This document shows, in pieces, positions 1 to 9,233 of a stretch of DNA of 64,000 nucleotides (its first letter is position 1; every line of letters starts with the position of its first letter). The position numbers and the translations under genes were made by a program. Below the pieces are notes generated by a model that did not search any database, was not told the origin of the DNA, and saw nothing but the letters and a program-made list of their open reading frames with translations. This stretch comes from a virus (lineage: Duplodnaviria; Caudoviricetes), in IMG/VR virus record IMGVR_UViG_3300010011_000004, positions 21,788-85,787 of that record; one strand, given 5' to 3'.

Positions 1-1163
1 CCACAATCAACTATTCTGGCTATTCCATATGATTCAGCTATATTACCCTCCGTCAAAATCTTTCCTGATTCCAATCTCTCTAATGCATCTCTGTTTAATT
101 GTGTAGCTGTAACTATTGGAGTTTTAAATTCTATACCCAAGTTTCTTATTTGGTTATAAATAGAATCTAGTTCAAATCTTCTGTCGTTATAATGATGTGT
201 AGATCTCATAATATCAGCATAATCAATTATAATCAAATCTGGTACAAAATCTTTCACCATTTCCAATCTCTTGATAAATGTAGAGATATCCGCAGCAGTT
301 ACTGTGTCTGATGGATAACGTTTAATAATCAACCTACCAATATGGTTGCTTAATACTTCTTTAAGCTTTTCGATAGCTTTCTTTGAATTAAGCTCTTCTT
401 TAGTCAGTCCAAGCAGGCGCATATCATATCTCTGTGCGGTTATTTCCTGAGACATTTCCAATGTAATGTGCAAGACGTTCTTCTTCTGAAGCAATACATT
501 AGCGCCAACATTGACAAGATACATAGATTTTCCACAATGAGCTGGACCAGCGAATGTAAAAACTTCACCAACTCCAAATCCGCCAAACACCTCATCAAAT
601 TTAGCCCAACCAGTTGATATCCTAGGTATTTCTCTATTTTCTTTTCTTCTTAACCAACGGTTAACAATTTCCTCGTCATCATAAACATCTACGCCAAAAT
701 CATCTAATGATGCTCCAATAGTCAGCGCTTGTTCTATTCTCTCCTTAACGTTGTAGTGTTTTTTCGGATCGCCAAGATCATCAATTGATTCATATATGGC
801 CTTTTTAAGTGCTTGACAGCTAATGAAGTTTCTAATGCTTTCTTCTATATATTGAAGTGTAGATGAAGATATCCTTTTATGATTGTATATCTCATTTAGT
901 GTATCGTCTAATGTATCCGAGGAATATTTTGAAGATACTAATTCTCTAAGCGCTTCTTTGGTCGGCATGCCTTTATACGCCGAATAAAAATCTTGTAATC
1001 CTTTAAATATTACCGAGTACTCGGCGATATCAAAATATCTATGATCAGTTATAACACCTAGCCGCTCAAATATTTTTGGTTCTTGTATCATAGCGGCTAT
1101 TATTTGTTTCTGGAACTCCGGTGAAAATGAAAAAGTATCTGGGTTCCAACCATCTATAGCCAT
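1..1163 (-). CDS. dnaB: Replicative DnaB/T4 gp41-like helicase (partial, runs off window start; not in ORF track)
   Basis: Manual translation from ATG at 1163 (MAIDGWNPDTF...). Walker A AGPAHCGKS, then LHITLEMS, IIIDYADIM and TATQLNR, all DnaB-family motifs. Confidence 0.9.
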   Translation of the reverse strand, partial: MAIDGWNPDTFSFSPEFQKQIIAAMIQEPKIFERLGVITDHRYFDIAEYSVIFKGLQDFYSAYKGMPTKEALRELVSSKYSSDTLDDTLNEIYNHKRISSSTLQYIEESIRNFISCQALKKAIYESIDDLGDPKKHYNVKERIEQALTIGASLDDFGVDVYDDEEIVNRWLRRKENREIPRISTGWAKFDEVFGGFGVGEVFTFAGPAHCGKSMYLVNVGANVLLQKKNVLHITLEMSQEITAQRYDMRLLGLTKEELNSKKAIEKLKEVLSNHIGRLIIKRYPSDTVTAADISTFIKRLEMVKDFVPDLIIIDYADIMRSTHHYNDRRFELDSIYNQIRNLGIEFKTPIVTATQLNRDALERLESGKILTEGNIAESYGIARIVDC

Positions 1164-1175
1164 AATATCACCCTT

Positions 1176-1826
1176 CTAACAATTAAATATTAATGCTAAA
1201 TTTTCCGGCGTAATTTCAGATTCATCTAACTCTTTAACTTTATCGATAAACTCTTGTTCGAATTCACCCCTAAATATATCCAATATTTCATGATACGAGA
1301 TATTAGAATTTAAGCTTTTTAATTTAAAAAGACTATTTATGTTTGATTGAAGTGAAGGTGTTAGTCGATAAAAATCTTCAGATCTTTTACTCAATAAATG
1401 TTTATTCAATTCATACTGTAATCTTTCTTTCTCTTTGAATTTATAAAACATGGGGATCATCTTAGTAGAAAATATTATACTACTTAACGGAATCTTTCTA
1501 TCTGGCATATTTATATACAGCGATATATCATACCAATTTCTAAACATAACATTTAAATATTCAGTCAAATCTAGGTCTACTGCTTCTTTCACAAATTTAA
1601 GTATTTGTTTCCATACCGATTTTGACTGAATATATTCATTGATTGTTATGTATTTTTTTGGGATTTTAGATATGTCTGTTTTTGGTACTGGTATACGTCC
1701 ACTAAAAGATTTGGTGTATTGATACAGAAGTTTATTATACATTTTAGTTATCTTTTCAAGCACTTGTAAATTTAACTTATCTTTATTTAGCTTTTGCGAC
1801 AGAAATATGTTACTCATCGTATACAT
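1176..1826 (-). CDS. Hypothetical protein, 216 aa, coupled to helicase gene
   Basis: ORF overlaps the upstream sigma-like gene and is co-oriented with the helicase; no motif recognised. Confidence 0.6.
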   Translation of the reverse strand: MYTMSNIFLSQKLNKDKLNLQVLEKITKMYNKLLYQYTKSFSGRIPVPKTDISKIPKKYITINEYIQSKSVWKQILKFVKEAVDLDLTEYLNVMFRNWYDISLYINMPDRKIPLSSIIFSTKMIPMFYKFKEKERLQYELNKHLLSKRSEDFYRLTPSLQSNINSLFKLKSLNSNISYHEILDIFRGEFEQEFIDKVKELDESEITPENLALIFNC

Positions 1827-2763
1827 ACCTCCGCTCTATCAAAAAATTTATAAAATAAACCAGATCATCAACATCATAATATCTGGCTAAATTTTCTTTC
1901 TTTAGTTTAGTTTTTGTTATTTTTCTAACATACCCTATCATCCGTGGCGATAATCTTCCATTATACATCACGTCATTTTCATTTTTACTCAATTTACCAG
2001 AATATCTTTTTTCAAGATACAATAATATATTATCGACCAACACTTGTAAACTGCTGATCAAATTAAAATAAAACATTTTTTCTGAAATTAATGTTACATT
2101 GTATTTGTTGGTGAAATCAAAGTTAACATCCGGAGATAAGCGTATGTCCTCGATCAATTTATCTATAACTTCAGGATTATGTATATAAAATAGCAAAGTT
2201 TCTTTTAGATTACGAAGATATTTGTATATTATTATACATGTATCTTCAACTGTTAAAGTAACATTTTTTGGTGATGGATTTAATTTTAACTCTGAGTTTA
2301 AATCTGATGTTTCATTTATAACCAGATCTAGATCTTTTATGCTTGAAGCTAGCACGACATTATCTACATCGACGTTTGGATCATCGATGGAAAATATAAT
2401 ATCAGTATATGATTGCTCTCTATCTTTTATTTTCCTAGAATTTCTATAATATTTCATTAATGTATTTTTAGCAATTCTATTCATATAAGCGAATAGTCTA
2501 CCTTTATCTGGGTCATATCTATCTAATGCTTTCAATATTTCCATAAAGCATTCAATTATAGCATCTTTTTTGCTGTTTTGAATATGGTGATTATAGCTAA
2601 ACTGTTTGGTAATCATTCCGTCTATTAAACTTAAAATACCTGGTTGTATCTTCTTAAAACTATCATTATCTCTGCGTTTTTGGTATTCTTTAACTAATTC
2701 AATCATTTCCTTCTCTTTAAAGTAATTACCTTTAGCCTTAATCGATTTTACCTGCATCTGCAA
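1810..2763 (-). CDS. Phage sigma-70-family (region 2) sigma factor-like protein
   Basis: KDAIIECFMEILKALDRYDPDKGRLFAYMNRIAKNTLMKYYR resembles sigma region 2.2-2.4; RBS AGGAGG upstream. Confidence 0.7.
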   Translation of the reverse strand: MQMQVKSIKAKGNYFKEKEMIELVKEYQKRRDNDSFKKIQPGILSLIDGMITKQFSYNHHIQNSKKDAIIECFMEILKALDRYDPDKGRLFAYMNRIAKNTLMKYYRNSRKIKDREQSYTDIIFSIDDPNVDVDNVVLASSIKDLDLVINETSDLNSELKLNPSPKNVTLTVEDTCIIIYKYLRNLKETLLFYIHNPEVIDKLIEDIRLSPDVNFDFTNKYNVTLISEKMFYFNLISSLQVLVDNILLYLEKRYSGKLSKNENDVMYNGRLSPRMIGYVRKITKTKLKKENLARYYDVDDLVYFINFLIERRYVYDE

Positions 2764-2793
2764 ACTCCTCCTATACGTGGTGTAATAAAATAT

Positions 2794-2822
2794 ATTATAC
2801 TACATATAGCATCAAATGTAAA
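2794..2822 (-). promoter_or_regulatory. sigmaA-like promoter TTTACA-N17-TATAAT for the sigma/helicase operon
   Basis: Minus strand reads tttaca tttgatgctatatgtag tataat. Confidence 0.65.
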
Positions 2823-2939
2823 CATCAGAATATATTTGTGTTTGTTAACTTTAAATGTGATGATTATTTAGCCTTAATTCCAACAATATATTATACAATC
2901 TGAATTGATTTATAGTTATAGTTCTGAAGAATCAATTTT

Positions 2940-3470
2940 ATTAAATTTGTATAGTACTTGAGGATCATTTTTTATTTGATAATATATTATTTTAATTAGC
3001 TAAATATTTTAGTGCACTCTTTCAACATATGACTTAAGGATCATTTTTCATAAAAAAATATAGTACCGAGGAATTATCTTTTTGGTATATATTATACTGT
3101 ATACTGGAATATAGTTCCCAGGAACTATACCATAGTACATATATGGTTCTAGAGATTCAATTTTCAGCATTTTTTTACCAATTAGCAACTTAAATTTGAG
3201 TGCGGATAAGTTAAATATAGCTACCAAAAGCTAATAATTTAAAAGCTATAGCTATTAAATACCAAATATATTAGATACTATAAATATTAAATACTATAGC
3301 TATTAAATACCAGAATTATAATCGATTGATTATCAGGTATACCTGATAATCAATCGATTGCTAGCAAGTAACTAGCTAGCTAGTTACTTGCTAGCAACAG
3401 ATAATATAATCTATTAAGCTATAGATTCTTAATAATAATAACTAATTAAATATCCTAGGAATTTAGGAAA
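2940..3470. other. Very AT-rich non-coding region with direct repeats and palindromes; candidate replication origin
   Basis: No ORF. 19-mer ctatagctattaaatacca at 3246 and 3294; related (g/a)aggatcattttt motifs near 2959 and 3036; two perfect 40-bp palindromes; lies at a gene-strand switch. Confidence 0.5.
3320..3397. repeat. Two abutting perfect 40-bp palindromes (3320-3359 and 3358-3397)
   Basis: aatcgattgattatcaggta|tacctgataatcaatcgatt and ttgctagcaagtaactagct|agctagttacttgctagcaa, each checked base by base. Confidence 0.95.
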
Positions 3471-3643
3471 TTATAAATTAGCGATAAATTAAAAAATAGC
3501 AAATTTTGTCATAAAAAATTGGCGGCAAATTTTAAATTTTAAATATTAAGCAAATATATTAAGAAGTAAAATTAAAAAGGGTAAAATAATTATGTTTAAA
3601 GGATTAACTAATACACCATCTGATATATTCAACAAAGAATCAG

Positions 3644-5092
3644 CAAGAATTCTCCCATCCTCTATAGGTGGGAGATGAATTGCTGAATAGTTGACAAAAT
3701 ATAAAAATAATAATATAATAAGAATAGAAAGGTGGGTGAAAAAGTGATACGTTGCTTAAAAACTACATTCAAAACATCTAAAACCAATCTAAACAGATTA
3801 TATGAATGTAATCGTATATCAGCGCAAATATGGAATGATTGTTTAGATATTGCTAAACAATACTCTCTTGCTAATGATGGTAAATGGATTAATAAAACAG
3901 AATTACAAAAAGCATTAAAAAACAAATATCCACTACATTCTCAATCAATACAAGCAGTATGCCATAAATACTTATTTGCAAGAGACGCAGCACATAAAGC
4001 AAAACAACAAGGATTGGACAATAAATATCCTTATAAAAAGAAAAAGCATTATAATACTAAGTGGGCTAAAGATGGTTTCAAAATATATGATAATGGCAGA
4101 ATTGAATTAAGTATGGGAATATGGAATGGAAAAAGACAACAACCTATTGTAGTGTATGTTAAAGAATTGCCGATTGGTAAAATAAAAGAAATTGAATTAA
4201 TATATGACAGAGGATTAAAATTATCATTAGCGTATGAAAATGGATTAATTGAAAGCATAAATAATAATAAAAACATAGCAGGGATAGACGTAGGAGAAAT
4301 ACACACAATTAGTTCATATTGTAAAAATGGTAATGCAATTATAATAACTGGACGTAAAGCAAGAAGTGTAAAAAGATTAAGAAATAAAAAGATAGCAGAA
4401 TTACAAAGAAAAATGAGCAAATGTAAGAAAGGTAGTAGAAAATGGAAAAAGTACAATAAAGCAAAGCAATATATATTATCTAAATCAGACAAACAATTAA
4501 CCGACATACTTCATAAAACCACAAAGCAATATGTAGATTGGTGTATTGAAAATAAAGTAAAAGAAGTAGTGATAGGTGATATTGAAGGAGTACAAAGGAA
4601 TACTAAGAAGAAAAGAAATAGGAATACTAACCAAAAATTAAGCCAATGGCAATTTGGCAAATTATATAAATATTTGGAATACAAACTAAAAGCAAAAGGA
4701 ATAAATATAATCAAAATAAACGAAGGATACACAACACAAACATGTCCTGTTTGTGGTAGAAGGAATAAAACTTCTACAAGAAATTATGTATGTAAATGTG
4801 GATATAAAGAGCATAGAGACATACATGGAAGCAAAAATATATTATCTAAGTATAAATATAATGATATAAGGTACTTAGGAGAAACAAAAGAAATAAAGTA
4901 TCTACGTATTGCTTAGGCAAGAAGTAGTAGAAGGTGTGAATTCACCCTATCGAAAGGTAGTTGCTTAGTTAGTGTATTGCTATACTTCCGTTGCTTGCAA
5001 CGAAGATATGTAACAACATATCTGTGAAGGTAGTAATACATGATGCTAAGAAACTCCAACCTCTAAGCGAAGCGTAGGTTGGAGAGGTTCAT
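3644..5092 (+). mobile_element. IS200/IS605-family (IS1341-type, tnpB-only) element 1
   Basis: Left-end hairpin caagaattctccc...gggagatgaattg after TCAG; right-end hairpin ctccaacc-tctaagcgaagcgta-ggttggag ending in ttca; no tnpA. End coordinates are good to about 1-2 nt. Confidence 0.9.
3732..4916 (+). CDS. tnpB: TnpB RNA-guided endonuclease
   Basis: RuvC-I GIDVG, RuvC-II region VIGDIE, zinc finger CPVC...CKC, RuvC-III HRDIHGSKNI. Confidence 0.92.
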   Translation: MGEKVIRCLKTTFKTSKTNLNRLYECNRISAQIWNDCLDIAKQYSLANDGKWINKTELQKALKNKYPLHSQSIQAVCHKYLFARDAAHKAKQQGLDNKYPYKKKKHYNTKWAKDGFKIYDNGRIELSMGIWNGKRQQPIVVYVKELPIGKIKEIELIYDRGLKLSLAYENGLIESINNNKNIAGIDVGEIHTISSYCKNGNAIIITGRKARSVKRLRNKKIAELQRKMSKCKKGSRKWKKYNKAKQYILSKSDKQLTDILHKTTKQYVDWCIENKVKEVVIGDIEGVQRNTKKKRNRNTNQKLSQWQFGKLYKYLEYKLKAKGINIIKINEGYTTQTCPVCGRRNKTSTRNYVCKCGYKEHRDIHGSKNILSKYKYNDIRYLGETKEIKYLRIA

Positions 5093-5110
5093 TAGTTTAC
5101 AGACGACCAC
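4917..5110 (+). ncRNA. TnpB omegaRNA (reRNA) scaffold plus flank-derived guide, element 1
   Basis: Structured 175-nt stretch between the tnpB stop and the right end. In characterised TnpB systems the guide is the flanking sequence (here tagtttacagacgaccacat). Confidence 0.7.
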
Positions 5111-5124
5111 ATATAGTATATAAT
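5096..5124 (+). promoter_or_regulatory. sigmaA-like promoter TTTACA-N17-TATAAT for the replication operon
   Basis: tttaca gacgaccacatatagta tataat. Confidence 0.65.
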
Positions 5125-5190
5125 ACCATATAGATGCTGTGATAAAAAAAAAAAGAAATTTTAGGTATCACAGACAGGAGGTTATCTCAA

Positions 5191-6156
5191 TTGGACGGAA
5201 TAAAGGAAGAGAGTATTGGTAAAAATGCAGCTGTATTGCTAGAAAAAATCCATTCATTGTGGGTCGAAAAATATCGACCCAAAAATATTAATGAATTAGC
5301 TGCTAGTAAAGAAATTAAAAGATTTCTAACAAAAGTAATTGCTGATCAAGATATTCCACATATTCTTCTGCACGGAAAACCTGGTACGGGCAAAAATTCC
5401 ATTGTTAACATTATTATTAATAACATTAATTGTTCAAAACTTATTATCAATGCTTCTGAAGAGAGAGGTATTGATACAATACGTGACAAAGTAATGGCAT
5501 TCGCTAATTCTTCTGCTTGGGGCAATAAGCTAAAAATAATCGTGTTAAATGAAGCCGATGGTCTTAATTATGTCGCCCAAGATTCTCTACGCGAGTTAAT
5601 GGAAACATCGAGTAAATATTGCAGGTTTATTTTAACTTGTAATTCCATTAACAAAATCAATGAAGCAATTAGAAGTAGATGCGTTGAATTTGAAACACAT
5701 GTTGAACTATTAGATGCTGCTAAAAGGTTAGTTGAGATTTTAGAAGCCGAAAACGTTGAATTTGACGAAGATTATATCATCGCTGTAGTCAAGAAATATA
5801 ATTGCGATTTACGCAAAATAATCAATGAATCACAGAAGCTATATAATACGCATGGTAAATTAACTAGATCCATTTTAGAATCAGATTTAGTTGATCGTTA
5901 CGATAAATTATTCGACGATATTTTTACAAAAACCACTACTGTTAAAGATATAGCTAATGCTACTAAAAAATATATTTTTGATGAGAGTATATATACATCG
6001 CTTAAAGATTACTTTATTAAGAAGTATGAAGATTTACCAGATGCTATTATTATAATTGCTGAATATGCTTATAAATCGCGAATTGTTTTAGATAAGGATT
6101 TGGTGTTTTTAAGTTGTATTCTTGAATTAAAGGAAGTTATTAATAATAAATCATAA
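5191..6156 (+). CDS. Clamp loader ATPase subunit (RFC small / T4 gp44-like)
   Basis: WVEKYRP, Walker A GKPGTGK, INASEERGIDTIR, SRC motif; TTG start after AGGAGG. Confidence 0.92.
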   Translation: MDGIKEESIGKNAAVLLEKIHSLWVEKYRPKNINELAASKEIKRFLTKVIADQDIPHILLHGKPGTGKNSIVNIIINNINCSKLIINASEERGIDTIRDKVMAFANSSAWGNKLKIIVLNEADGLNYVAQDSLRELMETSSKYCRFILTCNSINKINEAIRSRCVEFETHVELLDAAKRLVEILEAENVEFDEDYIIAVVKKYNCDLRKIINESQKLYNTHGKLTRSILESDLVDRYDKLFDDIFTKTTTVKDIANATKKYIFDESIYTSLKDYFIKKYEDLPDAIIIIAEYAYKSRIVLDKDLVFLSCILELKEVINNKS

Positions 6157-6172
6157 TAGGAGGAATGATTAA

Positions 6173-7228
6173 ATGAATACATATGAAGCATTAATCAGAA
6201 CTTTAAAGTATCAAGGTTGGATATCCAGTCCAAGAGGGCAAGAGATAAGAGAACTACTTGGTCGTGATTTAATAGTTACTGATCATGATGTATTAATCGA
6301 TTCCGTTCATAGAAATACAGTTGATCCAACGACTCCAGAAGGTAAATATTTAAGAGCAGAATTTATGTGGTATATGTCTGGTAATTTAGATCCAGATTAT
6401 ATATCACGTTTTGGTAAGATGTGGAATTCGCTTAAAAATGTAAACAGTTATTCTTCTATTCAAGCGTTTGTAAATAAAGTTAATTCGAACTATGGTTATC
6501 ATGTTTTTTGGAAACCAGTTATTGAAGCACCTATCTATAAATCTGGAATAATGCATGATATTAAAAATAGTCCTTTTGAATATGTGATAAAAACATTAAG
6601 CAAAGATATATTTAGTAGACAAGCTATAATACAATACACACTTTCTAATATATATGAAGAAGGTGTTAATGATTTTACATGTACGCAAAATCAGCATTTT
6701 TTAGTTAGGAACAATTATCTTTATAATCTTGTGCATATTAGATCTTCTGATGCTGTTAAAGGATTAACTTTTGATATTCCTTGGTGGGATATAGTTGGTC
6801 AATTCGTTGCCGGAACATTGAATGTCAATTATAATGGTCTTTATGTATTTATTGGTAGCGCACATTTTTATGAAAAAGATCTAGATCTGATAAATAATCT
6901 TTTGGAAGATGGAGTAAAATGGCGTGGATTAATATTAAGACCAAAGTGTGAATTAATTGATAACATGAAGAAAATTATAGATAGTATGTGTGAATATGCA
7001 GTTGCAACGTTTAATCGTCAGGTATATACAGATATATTACTGCTTAATGATTATTATTTTAGATTAGTTAATATACAAAAATCTGGTAATATTTCACTTA
7101 AAGATATAATAACTTCTTATTTACATATTGCTAGTAAATTTGTAGACTTAACCACAAATTATGTTGTAGATAATGCTACATGTGAGCATTTTAATAATGT
7201 GTTATTTGATTCTATTTTTTGTTATTAA
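6173..7228 (+). CDS. Thymidylate-synthase-fold enzyme, most like dCMP hydroxymethylase (T4 gp42-like)
   Basis: NSNYGY, SRQAI, DFTCT (catalytic Cys) and RSSDAVKGLTFD parallel T4 gp42 NSNYGW, DFMCT and RSNDVVFGFRND; Asp sits at the dUMP/dCMP discriminating position. Confidence 0.72.
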   Translation: MNTYEALIRTLKYQGWISSPRGQEIRELLGRDLIVTDHDVLIDSVHRNTVDPTTPEGKYLRAEFMWYMSGNLDPDYISRFGKMWNSLKNVNSYSSIQAFVNKVNSNYGYHVFWKPVIEAPIYKSGIMHDIKNSPFEYVIKTLSKDIFSRQAIIQYTLSNIYEEGVNDFTCTQNQHFLVRNNYLYNLVHIRSSDAVKGLTFDIPWWDIVGQFVAGTLNVNYNGLYVFIGSAHFYEKDLDLINNLLEDGVKWRGLILRPKCELIDNMKKIIDSMCEYAVATFNRQVYTDILLLNDYYFRLVNIQKSGNISLKDIITSYLHIASKFVDLTTNYVVDNATCEHFNNVLFDSIFCY

Positions 7229-7267
7229 TTGATAGAACTTAGTTATAATAAGAGAGGAATGATATAA

Positions 7268-8053
7268 ATGACAGAAAAAATAATATTAAATTCTGATGGT
7301 ATAAAAAGCTTAAAAAATTTATTATCTTTATGTCCAGATACGTTCTCTAGTGTACCTGTAAAATTTATTAAGGAAGATGGGGTAAGTTTTATATCGATTG
7401 AAGTAATCGATATAAATGGAGATATAGTATTTTCTGGAAAAACTTTAATTGACGATATAGCAGATATTGAAGATAATTCTGGCTTAATAATAAGATTACC
7501 GCTTAACCGAGGATTAATAAATAATATACTTTCAAATTTTGAAGAATTGATCATAACAAAAAATAAGATTACTGCTAAAAGCCCAAATAAAAAATTGACA
7601 ATGTCGTTATTTTTGATAGATGAGAACGATATTTTTGAATTTCCGCATACAAACACAGGGCTATACGAATTAGCAGTAACGGAAAACTCAGCCGAAAATT
7701 CAAAATTTGTAGCTTTCGACCCAGATTTAGAACAAATAAAAGAATTACTTGATACTATCTCATTTTTTTCAGATTTAGAGCTAATAGAATTTAAAGAAAA
7801 AAATAATAAGCTTATTATTACAAGTGGAGATATAATAGGAAATGAATTTGAATTTAGATTTGATGTCGATGTTGAACCTGGATTTACATGTAAATTTGAT
7901 ACAAATTTAGTAAAAGTTTTAAGTAAAGTTATAAAATACAAAAATGATGATTCATATGGAATAAATTTTCTTATAAGTGATTTGCTGTTCGGTATAACAT
8001 TAGAAAATGATAAATCACTTGTTACTTTAGCTGTTACTGCCAGAAGAGACTAA
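7268..8053 (+). CDS. Probable DNA sliding clamp (gp45/PCNA-like)
   Basis: 261 aa, acidic and beta-rich; lies between clamp loader and RNase H. Called from size and synteny. Confidence 0.55.
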   Translation: MTEKIILNSDGIKSLKNLLSLCPDTFSSVPVKFIKEDGVSFISIEVIDINGDIVFSGKTLIDDIADIEDNSGLIIRLPLNRGLINNILSNFEELIITKNKITAKSPNKKLTMSLFLIDENDIFEFPHTNTGLYELAVTENSAENSKFVAFDPDLEQIKELLDTISFFSDLELIEFKEKNNKLIITSGDIIGNEFEFRFDVDVEPGFTCKFDTNLVKVLSKVIKYKNDDSYGINFLISDLLFGITLENDKSLVTLAVTARRD

Positions 8054-8069
8054 TTATAACTTAACACTA

Positions 8070-8098
8070 TTTACATTAAAATGGTAATATTATATAAT
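8070..8098 (+). promoter_or_regulatory. sigmaA-like promoter TTTACA-N17-TATAAT
   Basis: tttaca ttaaaatggtaatatta tataat. Confidence 0.6.
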
Positions 8099-8150
8099 AT
8101 AAGAGTAGCCGATTGGTTACTCTTATATTTTTAATTAAAGGAGAACACAT

Positions 8151-9233
8151 ATGAAGTATATTATTATTGATTGGTTTAATTTAGTGAAACGCTATACATA
8201 CTCTAGAGATATATCAAATTTAGATGAGGCCGAATTAATTAGCGATATAACTATAAATATAATTAACCGAATAACTGATCTGGTAAATGAGCACAAACCG
8301 GATTTGGTTTATATATGTTCTGACGACGGCTATAATAAACGTGCTGCAGCAGTTGTTGGTGGATATAAAAGCAATAGAAAAAAGATGAAGAGTTTAACTG
8401 AAGAAGAAAAAGAGAAGAATTACATTGAATATCTTAAAAAAGTTATATATACTCTACCATTTCCTTTTATCGAAGTTAAGAATGTAGAAGCTGATCTGAT
8501 CGTTTATGTGCTAATAAAATATTTAAGAAAATTAGATGATCGCGCCAGGTTTGTGATAGCTACAAGTGATTCAGATTTTATACAACTATTAGATGATAAT
8601 GTTACTATTTTTGATTGGTACAAAGGAATCATCACGAGTGAAAATTGGTGTTCTAAACATAAACTAGATGTACAATTCGATTATCATAATTATGCCTTAG
8701 CGAAATCTATAGTAGGAGATAAAAGCGATAACATAAAAGGTATTCATAGTTGGGGATGGAAAAAAATATCTAGAATATTTAACATTATTAATAATGTTTA
8801 CGAAGGAACAAATATTAAAATTGATAATGTAAACGATTTAGAAAGTATTATAGATAATATACTGGAAAATCATAATGATAAGTTAAATAATAAGGATAAA
8901 ACATTATTGAAAAATTTCAAAGTTATTTTGAGCGACAGTGAGAATAAAAAATTAATACATTCTAACCAATCAGTTATTGATCTATCTAATTTGGAGAACT
9001 CATTTATTTATAAAATAATTAATACGATCAACAGAGAAACGTTCGAACGTCAACTTAAATATGATCAAAAAGAGCTATATAAACTGCTGCGTTTAAATAT
9101 GCATGCTGGAAATGATGCAGAATATGCACAAATTATGCGAAAAAATGCAAAATCTTCAATGATTTTAATGCATTTTTCACGTAAAATAAATGAGACAATA
9201 AAAATATTAACCAAACAAAAGGTGATGTCATGA
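8151..9233 (+). CDS. 5'-3' exonuclease / RNase H (FEN1-like, T4 rnh)
   Basis: IIIDW, YKSNR, EADL, TSDSDFIQL and GDKSDNIKGI (H3TH) motifs. Confidence 0.88.
   Translation: MKYIIIDWFNLVKRYTYSRDISNLDEAELISDITINIINRITDLVNEHKPDLVYICSDDGYNKRAAAVVGGYKSNRKKMKSLTEEEKEKNYIEYLKKVIYTLPFPFIEVKNVEADLIVYVLIKYLRKLDDRARFVIATSDSDFIQLLDDNVTIFDWYKGIITSENWCSKHKLDVQFDYHNYALAKSIVGDKSDNIKGIHSWGWKKISRIFNIINNVYEGTNIKIDNVNDLESIIDNILENHNDKLNNKDKTLLKNFKVILSDSENKKLIHSNQSVIDLSNLENSFIYKIINTINRETFERQLKYDQKELYKLLRLNMHAGNDAEYAQIMRKNAKSSMILMHFSRKINETIKILTKQKVMS

Noticed and set aside
2940-3470. CRISPR array or tRNA in the repeat-rich intergenic region
   Set aside because: Repeats are few, irregularly spaced and lack unique spacers of constant length; no cloverleaf was seen here or elsewhere in the window.
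5142-5154. Poly-A run upstream of the clamp loader as a phase-variation switch
   Set aside because: It is in the non-coding leader, downstream of the promoter and upstream of the RBS, so no frame or spacer effect is evident.
6173-7228. Canonical thymidylate synthase thyA
   Set aside because: It has Asp in place of the dUMP-specifying Asn, its motifs are closer to gp42, and thyX is present; thyA is not fully excluded.
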